NCBI GenBank assembly: GCA_963790305.1
Contig: CAWBOC010000002.1
Span: 160,001-224,000 of the forward strand
Origin: an uncultured Gemmatimonadaceae bacterium
Lineage (GTDB): Bacteria; Gemmatimonadota; Gemmatimonadetes; Gemmatimonadales; Gemmatimonadaceae
Length of the DNA stretch: 64,000 bases
Direction of reading: 5' to 3'
Part shown: positions 10,119 to 18,667 of the stretch, one piece after another
Numbering within the stretch: position 1 is the first letter of the stretch
How the letters are laid out: every line of letters begins with the position of its first letter
Made by a program: the position numbers and the translations under genes
The notes under the pieces: generated by a model
Told to the model about the DNA's origin: nothing
Database searches by the model: none
Seen by the model: the letters and a program-made list of their open reading frames with translations, nothing else

Positions 10119-11241
10119 TCGCGCGTCGACCGCGGCTGGGCTTCGGGTCACGGGCGGCGCGATGGTCTATCGGCTGTTCGACGTGGGGTACGAGATCCAG
10201 CTCGACCGCGCGCTGGCGTTGCTGGAAGGCAAGGCGCCGGTGCGCGAGCGCCCGCTGCGCGGCGAAGCGCAAGCGATGCAGATCGCCAATCCGCCGGTGA
10301 GCGTCACGCTCGGCGAAGACCGAGTCGTCATCGACGACCGCTCGTATGACGCGACGATGTCGGCGCGGATCTTCGACTTCGGGGTCGTGTCGCTGCGACT
10401 TCGCGTCGACGCGGGCGCCGCGATTGGGTGGGAGCAGTACTCACGCTTCGGCAATGCCGTGGACGTCGGCACCGACCTCGCGCCGCTCTTTCAGCGGCAT
10501 CTGCAGACGTTGTTCGAGCGCATCCAGCCAGCGATCGAGCGCCCCGCGATTGCCCCGGTCTCGGAAGACTACGTCGTGTTTCGCATTCGCCGTCTCGAGG
10601 ACGCGAACGGTCGCATCGCCTCAGCCGACGCGCTCGGCGACAATGACATCATCCCGCTGCTGCTCAACGAATCCCGACCGCTGTCGGCGGCGGCGCGCCG
10701 CGAGCTGCTCCCACACCGCTTTTCATATTACGGAGACGATCTCACGATCCTCACCTGGGACAACGCGCTCGTCCTCGAGCCGGTGGCCGAAGATACCGAC
10801 GTGCAGTACATCCTGGAGTTCGCCAACGCGCAGCTGCTCGAGCTCCGCTTCTACAATGCGGTGCTCGACACCGAGCTCACGCGCATGTACGACCGTATCT
10901 CCGAGGCGCGCGCCAAGCCCGCCCGATTCTTTCGCCGGCGCTTCACGAATCTGCTGACGCGGCTGCTGTCGATCGTCGCCGATTCCACCGAGCTGGTGGA
11001 GCGCGCGGAGAACTCCCTCAAGGTGACGGACGACGTCTACCTCGCGCGCATCTATTCCGCGGCGCTCGAGATTTTCCGCGGCCGCGCCTGGCGCGCGGGG
11101 ATCGATCGAAAGCTGACGATCATCCGCGAGACCTACGCGATGCTCAACGCCGAGGGCCAGGCCGCTCGCGGCGAGGCGCTCGAGCTGGCGATTGTGCTGC
11201 TGTTCGTGCTGGAGATCGTGTTGGCGTCGTTCGTGAGGTGA
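10111..11241 (+). CDS. Conserved hypothetical protein with C-terminal TM (RMD1/DUF155-like)
   Basis: IFDFGVVS, helical core, C-terminal LELAIVLLFVLEI; overlaps ferredoxin stop. Confidence 0.75.
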   Translation: MIDRASTAAGLRVTGGAMVYRLFDVGYEIQLDRALALLEGKAPVRERPLRGEAQAMQIANPPVSVTLGEDRVVIDDRSYDATMSARIFDFGVVSLRLRVDAGAAIGWEQYSRFGNAVDVGTDLAPLFQRHLQTLFERIQPAIERPAIAPVSEDYVVFRIRRLEDANGRIASADALGDNDIIPLLLNESRPLSAAARRELLPHRFSYYGDDLTILTWDNALVLEPVAEDTDVQYILEFANAQLLELRFYNAVLDTELTRMYDRISEARAKPARFFRRRFTNLLTRLLSIVADSTELVERAENSLKVTDDVYLARIYSAALEIFRGRAWRAGIDRKLTIIRETYAMLNAEGQAARGEALELAIVLLFVLEIVLASFVR

Positions 11242-11375
11242 GGTGCTCGAGGTAGGCGAGGTGCTCGATGTGCTCGAGGTGCAAAAGCAAACGGGGCCGC
11301 CGAAGCGACCCCGTTCGTGTTCATCCCCTGAGAACCTCGAGCACCTCGAGCACCGCGACTACCTCGAGCACCTCA
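11239..11375. repeat. Inverted tandem-repeat hairpin, 9-mer GAGGTGCTC family, 42-bp arms
   Basis: 11239-11280 is the near-perfect reverse complement of 11334-11375. Confidence 0.9.
11290..11315 (-). terminator. Intrinsic terminator nested in the repeat hairpin loop
   Basis: aacggggccgc-cgaa-gcgaccccgtt; A-rich left flank gives a U-rich tail on the minus strand. Confidence 0.7.
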
Positions 11376-11377
11376 GG

Positions 11378-11839
11378 TTAGTCATCGAGATCTCCGCACG
11401 CGACAATCGTCTGCAGGTTCGTCGGCGAGGCGTGCACGTTGATGATGTAATCCTTCGCCTCATCGAGCGAGTAGTTCAGGACCGTGTTGGCCGACGCCGT
11501 GCCGTCGTTGGCGACGACGATCGGCGGGTACCACGACGCCTCGCCGAAGATGCCCATGTCGTTGTCGCAGGTCCCCAAATGCACGTGCCACGGGAGCCGT
11601 TGGCCGGCCATCGCGTTGGCGAGGTTGACGGTAACCGTCGTCTTGCCGTTGGCCACGACCGCCTTGAACGATCCTGTGATCGCCGAGCCGCCACGTGGGC
11701 TGAGCGACCCGCTCCAATCTTCGCCCTGCTTTGTCGGGGACTCAATGTCTACGTCGAGTGCGCCCGTAGCCTCGTTGGCGTGCGTGCGAACGCAACCAAC
11801 GACCGCGAAGGCCGCCATCGTGAGAATCATGCGACGCAT
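11378..11839 (-). CDS. CHRD/Cu-Zn SOD-like lipoprotein
   Basis: Lipobox VVGC, WHVHLGTC, INVHAS, VACGDL. Confidence 0.75.
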   Translation of the reverse strand: MRRMILTMAAFAVVGCVRTHANEATGALDVDIESPTKQGEDWSGSLSPRGGSAITGSFKAVVANGKTTVTVNLANAMAGQRLPWHVHLGTCDNDMGIFGEASWYPPIVVANDGTASANTVLNYSLDEAKDYIINVHASPTNLQTIVACGDLDD

Positions 11840-11996
11840 AAACGCTCCTCATGTTTCTGGTCGAACGTCCTGCGTGTATGCAGGCCGCCGGTCAGGGAAT
11901 AGGCAGTTTGTGCGCCAAATCCTGCCCCTTTTGTCGAGTTTTTGCCGCGGGTCCTAAGGCCTCGACGTGATGGCCGTCACCAACAGCGCCGAGGGG

Positions 11997-12830
11997 CTAC
12001 GCCGAGCGCGCGGTGGGCCGGGAGAGGGTCTGATCGAGCCACGCGGCGACCTCGGCGGCGATGCGGTCCCACCCCGCTTCCCAGATGAGGAAGTGCGCAT
12101 TGCCCGCGTACGCCCGAAAGGGCGCTTCGTACTTTCGCGCGACCCTTCGCTGGATGCGGGGCGGGATTGCGACGTCGTCCGCACCGGCGACAACCAGCAC
12201 GGGGGAGGTCACCCGTTTCTCGTCGATCGCGATGCGGCCGAACGTGATATCGCGGCCGACGCGACCGCTGGCGGGCGTCCAGAGCGGCAAGAACGACGCG
12301 ACCTCGGCAGGATCCACTCTGTTGAGGAAGAGATCCGCCGCATCTCGTGGATTGACGGTGATCGCGCGCGAGGTGAGCATCGCCCAAACGTGCTTGAGCT
12401 CGCGTCGGAACAATGGCCAGCTGAGCAGGGGGATTCCGCGGGGTGGCACCGAGCTCAGCAGAATCGTCGCCCCCGGTGAGATGGACTCCGCTGCTTTTTG
12501 CACGACGAGACCGCCCATGGAGTGCCCAACGAGTATGAGGGGCGCTCCAGGATGTCTCTGGCGGATGCCGGCGGACGCATCGCGGACGTCGGCGACGTAG
12601 TCCATCACCGACACCTGCCCGAAATTCTCCACGGGCCGGCTTCCATGATGCCCACGCAGGTTGAGCGCGTACGCGGGGTGGCCGCGTGCGCCGAAAAACT
12701 TCAGCCACTTCGCGAAGTACCACGCTCCGCCCATGATGCCGTGCACCATGACCACCGGTGGCTGTGACGCGCGCGCGGGGACAGAGACGTCGAGCGTCAG
12801 ATCGCCAATGCTGATGTTATGACCCATCAC
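11997..12830 (-). CDS. Alpha/beta fold hydrolase
   Basis: VHG, NLRGHHGS, GHSMGG nucleophile elbow, GADD, NAH. Confidence 0.9.
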   Translation of the reverse strand: MMGHNISIGDLTLDVSVPARASQPPVVMVHGIMGGAWYFAKWLKFFGARGHPAYALNLRGHHGSRPVENFGQVSVMDYVADVRDASAGIRQRHPGAPLILVGHSMGGLVVQKAAESISPGATILLSSVPPRGIPLLSWPLFRRELKHVWAMLTSRAITVNPRDAADLFLNRVDPAEVASFLPLWTPASGRVGRDITFGRIAIDEKRVTSPVLVVAGADDVAIPPRIQRRVARKYEAPFRAYAGNAHFLIWEAGWDRIAAEVAAWLDQTLSRPTARSA

Positions 12831-12877
12831 GTTACCTCGCGTATCTTCCCGTCAACTCTCACGCGACTCGCATCTGC

Positions 12878-13183
12878 ATGGAGCCTTACGCTCGACATGT
12901 GCTCGTGTGCACCGGCGGCTTCTGCTCGCCAGACCGCGACGGCCGCGCGCTGTACGCGTTGCTTCCCACGCTCCTCGAGCGGGAAGGCCTGCTCTTCGGC
13001 CCCACCAGGGTGAAGCGCGGCGAGACCCCGTGCCTCGGCGTCTGCAGCGGCGGGCCGATCGTCGTCGTGTACCCCGAGGGGATATGGTATGGAAACGTGA
13101 CGCCCATGCTCCTCGAGCGGATCGTGACTGAGCATCTTCGCGACGGTCGGGTCATCGCGGAAGCAGTGATCCATACACTCTAG
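12878..13183 (+). CDS. Second thioredoxin-like [2Fe-2S] ferredoxin
   Basis: HVLVCTGGFC ... CLGVCSGGPIVVVYPEGIWY. Confidence 0.9.
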   Translation: MEPYARHVLVCTGGFCSPDRDGRALYALLPTLLEREGLLFGPTRVKRGETPCLGVCSGGPIVVVYPEGIWYGNVTPMLLERIVTEHLRDGRVIAEAVIHTL

Positions 13184-13215
13184 GTTGTCGAGGTCATCCT
13201 CGACCGCCTTCGCCG

Positions 13216-14049
13216 TCACACCGGGGCGAGTGCGCGCAGCCGAGCTACGCGCTCCTCCGTCGACGGATGCGTCGAGAAAAGCTTCGCGAACCCCGAGCCT
13301 GTCGCCGCCAGCGGATTCACCTGCGCCAGCGGCGCCGCGGCGGGCGATACGTGCATGGGAATGCGGCGCGAGTACGCGTCGAGCTTTTGCAGCGCGCTCG
13401 CGAGTGGGATGGGTTGCCCGGTGATTTGCGCGCCGACGGCATCGGCCTTGAACTCGCGCTGACGACTGATCGCGAACTGGATCATCATCGCCGCGATCGG
13501 CGCCACCACGATCATGACGATCGTCGCCAGCGGATTCGAGTTCTCGTCGTCCCGACCACCGAAAAACATCAGCATGAAGCCGAGGTTCGAGATGGCGCCC
13601 GCCATCGTCGCCGCGATCGTCTGGAGCAGCATGTCGCGGTTCTTGATGTGCGCGAGCTCGTGCGCGAGCACCCCTTCCAGCTCGTCCTTGCCAACGAGCT
13701 TGAGGAGCCCGGCGGTCACGCAGACGACCGACTTCTCCGGCGAGCGCCCCGTCGCGAACGCGTTCGGCTGCTCATGCGGCGCGATGGCGACGAGCGGCAT
13801 CGGCAGGCCGGCCCGCTGGCGCAGGCGATCCACCATCGCGTACAGCTCGGGCGCTTGCGACGCATCGACGACCTGCGCGCGATACATCCGCAGTACCATG
13901 TTCGTCGACGCGAAGTACATGACGAAGTTGCCGAGCGCCGAGACGACCAGCATCGTCACCAGCCCGCTCTGGCCGCCGAAGTAGGCACCCAGCGCGGCCA
14001 GCAGCCCGGTGAGCGCCGCCATCAGCGTGAACACTTTCACATTGTTCAT
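13216..14049 (-). CDS. htpX: Zinc metalloprotease HtpX (M48)
   Basis: PNAFATGR, HELAH, SRQREFKAD, FSTHP; start MNNVKVF. Confidence 0.95.
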   Translation of the reverse strand: MNNVKVFTLMAALTGLLAALGAYFGGQSGLVTMLVVSALGNFVMYFASTNMVLRMYRAQVVDASQAPELYAMVDRLRQRAGLPMPLVAIAPHEQPNAFATGRSPEKSVVCVTAGLLKLVGKDELEGVLAHELAHIKNRDMLLQTIAATMAGAISNLGFMLMFFGGRDDENSNPLATIVMIVVAPIAAMMIQFAISRQREFKADAVGAQITGQPIPLASALQKLDAYSRRIPMHVSPAAAPLAQVNPLAATGSGFAKLFSTHPSTEERVARLRALAPV

Positions 14050-14287
14050 CGAAGTCTCCTGGACCCTGGATGTGCGAAAGGCGAGCCTCGCGCATCCGGA
14101 TATGAATCCGACTGTGCAAAGGTCTCGCCTTGTCCCAGAGGGACCCGCGGGAGCCGTGCGCCCGTGATGTGAGCGCAGTCCTGACGACTCGCGCGCGCGG
14201 ACACCGTCCGCGTAGCTACTCCCCTTCGACGCGAAATCTAACGGGATGCACAGCCCACGGGTATCACCCGAGACCAAACGGATCGCG

Positions 14288-15757
14288 CTACGGCCGTTCC
14301 TTCTCTTTTTTGGGCTTCGGCAGCTTGGGAAGCCTTGGCTCCATGCGCGTCCAGAGGACAATCGTTCCGCACCCGCTTGGACTCCAGTACTCGACCGGCG
14401 CCTGCGTGCTGCTCGTGTAGACCTCGATTGCCTCGAGCGAGTTCACCGACGCCAGAAAATCGAGATCCTCCCCCGAGCCGAGCCGATGGCCGTCCAGGAA
14501 CACCGTCGGTCGACATGGGCCGGACATGTTGTCGCCACGCGCAAACGTCACCACGTCACTTCCCTGAGTCGCGTAGACGCGGACACCTGGCACCCGCCGC
14601 AGTACATCGGTCACGCGCGACGCGGCACTTCGCTCGAGCTCGTCGCGCATGATGAAGTGCCCGAACCCGCGCCGGCGCCGCTGCTCGATCTCCGACTGGC
14701 GACGCGAATACAGGGTCCGCGCGGTCACACGCACCGCGTCCAGCATGCGCACCGGCTTTTCGAGCACGACGTCCACCGACGTCGCTGAGCGCGCTGCCAA
14801 ATGCACGGGGAGCTGTTGGGGCGCAAAGCCAATGCGCCGCACCTCCAGCGCGTGCGTTCCAACCGGCAGGCTCGCGATCTCGAAGCGGCCCGACGCGTCC
14901 GTTCGCCCCGTGATCCCGGTGCGCCACACCTCGAGGATCGCATCGGTCACCGGTTGGCCGGACTGGTTGCGCACGGTACCGCTGAGGCGCCCGGGACCGC
15001 GCAACAGCGTATCCATGCGCGCGCCGCCCTCCGCGGCTTCACCCCGGAGCGTGACGAAAGTCGACCCCTCGCCGAGAGCGAGATCGCGTCGCACGATCGC
15101 GCGCGAGGTGATCGTCACCTCGAGGCGACCCGTGGCTCGCTGCTCGGAGCGTGCCTGAATCGAGACGTCACCCGATGACGGAAGGCCGCACAGAGCGTAC
15201 GAGCCGCCCGCGCCCGTCGTCGTTCGCGCGGCCTGCCGCTCGACGCTGAAGCGCTCGCCGATGACGAGGTCCACCCATTGCGCCGTGACGGTCACGTTCG
15301 CCTGTGGCAGGGCCGTATCCGGGTCTCGAACCTCTCCGACGATGACGGATGACGAGTCGAACGGCGGCAATCCGGGGCAAAGCGCGGCGATGATTCTCTC
15401 GGCGGCGGGAAGTCCGAGCTCTACGCGCTCCGGATCGCGCGCGCCGAGCGTGACGCGACGCACCGGTGCCTGCACGGCGAGGGAATCCACGACCGAGTGA
15501 AAGAAGCTCACGAAGTACTCACCCGGGACGACGGAGTCGATGCGGTAGCGACCCCGCGAGTCGGTGACGGCCGATCGCGCCAGCTGCAGCGCATTCGTAC
15601 GGACGAGCTGCACGAGTGCACTGGCGAGCGGGCGCCTGGCAACACTGTCGTAGACCTCGCCGACGACCGAGATGTGCCGACCGGCGGCGGGCTCTTGCGC
15701 CAGAAGGACGGTCGGCGCGACCAACAGCGCGCAGGCGAGGGAAAGGCGAGCGATCAT
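14288..15757 (-). CDS. Secreted protein with multiple carboxypeptidase-regulatory-like domains and a C-terminal plug-like domain
   Basis: Signal peptide, repeated TDxxGRY/F motifs, DVLRRVPGV, EAIEVY...CGTIVLWT; too short for a beta-barrel. Confidence 0.8.
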   Translation of the reverse strand: MIARLSLACALLVAPTVLLAQEPAAGRHISVVGEVYDSVARRPLASALVQLVRTNALQLARSAVTDSRGRYRIDSVVPGEYFVSFFHSVVDSLAVQAPVRRVTLGARDPERVELGLPAAERIIAALCPGLPPFDSSSVIVGEVRDPDTALPQANVTVTAQWVDLVIGERFSVERQAARTTTGAGGSYALCGLPSSGDVSIQARSEQRATGRLEVTITSRAIVRRDLALGEGSTFVTLRGEAAEGGARMDTLLRGPGRLSGTVRNQSGQPVTDAILEVWRTGITGRTDASGRFEIASLPVGTHALEVRRIGFAPQQLPVHLAARSATSVDVVLEKPVRMLDAVRVTARTLYSRRQSEIEQRRRRGFGHFIMRDELERSAASRVTDVLRRVPGVRVYATQGSDVVTFARGDNMSGPCRPTVFLDGHRLGSGEDLDFLASVNSLEAIEVYTSSTQAPVEYWSPSGCGTIVLWTRMEPRLPKLPKPKKEKERP

Positions 15758-15825
15758 TGGGCACCGCAATCGGCGGGAATACCTAACAGGAGTGTCCCCA
15801 TTTATTGGCCGTGTGACGGACGACG

Positions 15826-16134
15826 TCAAGGGTTTCGGGTGCCTCGCTTTGCGAGCTCCTCTCTCACCGCCCGAAGGTGGCGAGGCCAGACGTGCGCGGC
15901 GTATCGAAAGAAGTTGTCGCGCGCCTCCGCGTCCTCAGCGAGATACTCGGCCAGCGTCCGGTGGCCCTTGAGTACGTTGCACGGGCCACAGGCCGTCACT
16001 ATGTTGCCCGCCGTGCGGTCGCCCCCGCGCAGACGCGGCTGCACGTGATCGAGCGTCAGTGCCGCCGCCGGGTGCACGCGCCCGCAGTAGACGCACCTGA
16101 ATCCGTCCCGCGCGAAAATCTCCTCACGCGTCAT
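15826..16134 (-). CDS. Small HNH endonuclease (McrA-like)
   Basis: RDGFRCVYCG, TLDHVQPRLRGG, NIVTACGPCN; AGGAGG 7 nt before ATG 16134. Confidence 0.9.
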   Translation of the reverse strand: MTREEIFARDGFRCVYCGRVHPAAALTLDHVQPRLRGGDRTAGNIVTACGPCNVLKGHRTLAEYLAEDAEARDNFFRYAAHVWPRHLRAVREELAKRGTRNP

Positions 16135-16459
16135 GGCTGAACCTCCTGATTCGCGTCGCGCGATCGTGCGAGCGGCGCGACGCTTTCTTCTCGATCCCTC
16201 GACGGACGGCGTGCCTCCCGCCCCGGAGGACGTGCCGCCGCGTCTTACCCCTGCCGCCCTCGACCAGGTCCGACGCATGTCCCGCTCCCGCGAACGCATC
16301 CTCGCCAACCTCAATGACATGTACCGCGAGGCGTTCGAGCGCGCCAAGGCGACGCAAGACCAATCGCAGATGGCCGCGCTCGACTTCGCCTATCGGCGTG
16401 AGCAGCTGTACTTCGAGATTCTGCTGGATATCCGAGACGGGCTCGAACGGCCGAGGTGA
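16133..16459 (+). CDS. Hypothetical helical protein (alternative start 16277)
   Basis: Strong codon bias; amphipathic ILANLNDMYREAF...YFEILLDIRD. Confidence 0.7.
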   Translation: MAEPPDSRRAIVRAARRFLLDPSTDGVPPAPEDVPPRLTPAALDQVRRMSRSRERILANLNDMYREAFERAKATQDQSQMAALDFAYRREQLYFEILLDIRDGLERPR

Positions 16460-16545
16460 TCGAGGACGTCGAGGTAGTCGAGGTGAGAGCACCCTCGACG
16501 ACCTCACCTCGATTACCTCGACATCCTCGATAACCTCGACCACCT
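16452..16545. repeat. Inverted tandem-repeat hairpin, 9-mer TCGAGGnnn family
   Basis: cgaggtgat-cgaggacgt-cgaggtagt-cgaggtg ... cctcgatta-cctcgacat-cctcgataa-cctcgacca. Confidence 0.88.
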
Positions 16546-16553
16546 TTGCCAGG

Positions 16554-18236
16554 GTGAACCTCAGGTATCTGCTGGCGCCGCTCACCTTCCTAATCGCGAC
16601 AAGCTGTGCCAGCGCTCCAGTGACTCAATCTCCCATCACGCTCGCCGTCGTGAACGCGCGCGCGTGGACTGGCGATCCCAGGCGACCGTGGGCTGACGCC
16701 ATCGCGGTCGAGGGAGAGCGAATCGCAGCAGTGGGCTCGAGCGCGGAAGTCCGGAAGCTCGCCGGGACCACCGCGAGAGTGATCGATGCGCGTGGGATGA
16801 TGATCGTTCCCGGCTTCATCGATTCGCACATCCATTTCATCGATGGCGGATTCGGCCTGGCGGCGGTCCAGCTCCGTGACGCGAAGACCCCATCGGAGTT
16901 CATCGCACGCATCAAGGCGTTCGCCGCCTCCGCCCCTCCCGGGACGTGGATCACCGAAGGCAATTGGGACCACGAGCTGTGGGGTGGCGAGCTGCCGCGG
17001 CGTGACTGGATCGATTCGATCACCACGAACATTCCGGTGTGGGTGCAGCGTCTCGACGGCCACATGGGGCTCGCCAACAGTGCGGCCCTGCGCGCGGCGG
17101 GCATTACCAGCGCCACACCCGACGTCAGCGGTGGGACCATCGTCCGGGGAGCGAGCGGGGAGCCCACGGGGATCCTCAAGGACAACGCGACGGAGCTGAT
17201 CGCGCGTGTCATTCCGCCGCCGACGGACGAGCAGATGCAGCGCGCGCTGGACGCGGCGATGCGTTTTGTGGCCGAGCAGGGCGTCACGTCGGTGCACCAC
17301 ATGGGTACCTGGCGTGAGCTGGCGGCCTTCGAGCGCGCCAACGGGGCGGGGCGATTGCGCACGCGCATCTACGCGGCGGTTCCGCTGTCGTCGTGGCAGC
17401 GACTCCGCGATACCGTTGCCGCGCGTGGCCGCGGCGATCCCTGGCTCAAACGCGGTGTGCTCAAAGCGTACGTCGACGGCTCGCTCGGCTCGCACACGGC
17501 GGCGTTCTTCGAGCCGTTCACCGACGCGCCCAACGATCGTGGCCTGCTCGTGAGTACTCCCGAGGACCTGTACGCGTGGGTGTCAGGAGCCGATAGAGCG
17601 GGCCTTCACGTCGCGGTGCACGCCATCGGCGATCGCGCCATCAATCTGATCCTCGGCATCTTCGAGCGCGTGGCGAAGGAAAACGGAGCGCGCGATCGGC
17701 GCTTCCGCGTGGAGCACGCCCAGCACATAGCGCCCGCGGACATCTCACGGTTCGCCGCGTTGAGCGTCATCCCGAGCATGCAGCCCTATCACGCGATCGA
17801 TGACGGTCGTTGGGCCGACAGGGTGATCGGCGCCGAGCGCTCTCGCACGACGTACGCGTTTCGCTCGCTGCTCGACGCGCGCGCACGACTCGCGTTCGGC
17901 AGCGACTGGTACGTCGCGCCGCCGACCCCACTCGAGGGGATCTATGCGGCTGTCACCCGTCGGACGATCGACGAAAAGCAGCCAGGCGGATGGGTGCCGG
18001 AGCAGAAGATCACTGTGGAGGAGGCGCTCCGCGCGTACACCATGGGTGCGGCGTACGCGGAGTTTGCCGAGGAGGAAAAGGGTTCGCTGGTCCGCGGAAA
18101 GCTCGCGGACTTCGTCCTCATCGACCGCGATCTCACCCGGATTCCGCCGGAAACCATTCGCGATGCGCGCGTGATGATGACGGTCGTGGGGGGCCGGGTG
18201 GTCTTCGATCGACAGCCCGATGGAGAGAGACGATGA
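16554..18236 (+). CDS. Amidohydrolase 3 family (YtcJ-like), exported
   Basis: PGFIDSHIH, DGH, DGSLGS, HAIGD, RVEHAQ, GSDW, GKLADFV; GTG start placed after the repeat. Confidence 0.92.
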   Translation: MNLRYLLAPLTFLIATSCASAPVTQSPITLAVVNARAWTGDPRRPWADAIAVEGERIAAVGSSAEVRKLAGTTARVIDARGMMIVPGFIDSHIHFIDGGFGLAAVQLRDAKTPSEFIARIKAFAASAPPGTWITEGNWDHELWGGELPRRDWIDSITTNIPVWVQRLDGHMGLANSAALRAAGITSATPDVSGGTIVRGASGEPTGILKDNATELIARVIPPPTDEQMQRALDAAMRFVAEQGVTSVHHMGTWRELAAFERANGAGRLRTRIYAAVPLSSWQRLRDTVAARGRGDPWLKRGVLKAYVDGSLGSHTAAFFEPFTDAPNDRGLLVSTPEDLYAWVSGADRAGLHVAVHAIGDRAINLILGIFERVAKENGARDRRFRVEHAQHIAPADISRFAALSVIPSMQPYHAIDDGRWADRVIGAERSRTTYAFRSLLDARARLAFGSDWYVAPPTPLEGIYAAVTRRTIDEKQPGGWVPEQKITVEEALRAYTMGAAYAEFAEEEKGSLVRGKLADFVLIDRDLTRIPPETIRDARVMMTVVGGRVVFDRQPDGERR

Positions 18237-18649
18237 CGACCATTCGTGTGCGGGTGCTGGTGGCGGCGATCCTCGTCGCGGGATGCGCCCAACCGGAGGA
18301 AGAACCCCCGGCCGTCCAACAGCCTCCGGTACAGAGTCGTGGTACGCGCGAAGCGCGAATCCGCGAGCTCGAGCAGCAGGCCCGAGCCCTCGCCAGGACC
18401 GATGGCTGCGACCAGGTCAATCAATGCACGTCGGCGCCGGTGGGCGCGAAGGGGTGCGGTGGCCCGCGGAGCTACCTCGTCTACTGCAAGGCGACGACGG
18501 ATGAGGCGGCGCTGTTGCGCGTCCTCGATGAGCTGCAGCGCGCGGAGGCGGAGTACAATCGCGTGGAGCAGATCGCGTCCGATTGCATGATGGTCATGCC
18601 GCCCGAGGTCAGGCTCGAGGGGCGCACCTGCTCGGCCGCGACGCCCTAG
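18233..18649 (+). CDS. Cysteine-rich hypothetical lipoprotein
   Basis: ATGA overlap; lipobox VAGC; GAKGCGGPRSYLVY. Confidence 0.75.
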   Translation: MTTIRVRVLVAAILVAGCAQPEEEPPAVQQPPVQSRGTREARIRELEQQARALARTDGCDQVNQCTSAPVGAKGCGGPRSYLVYCKATTDEAALLRVLDELQRAEAEYNRVEQIASDCMMVMPPEVRLEGRTCSAATP

Positions 18650-18667
18650 TCCAGCGCCTCGAGTCCG

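Noticed and set aside
13187..13204. gtcgagg-tcat-cctcgac mini hairpin
   Set aside because: Single unit of the 9-mer family; too short to separate from chance
16314..16553. N-terminal extension of the amidohydrolase
   Set aside because: Overlaps the upstream gene and translates the repeat (SITSTSSITSTT); signal peptide starts at 16554
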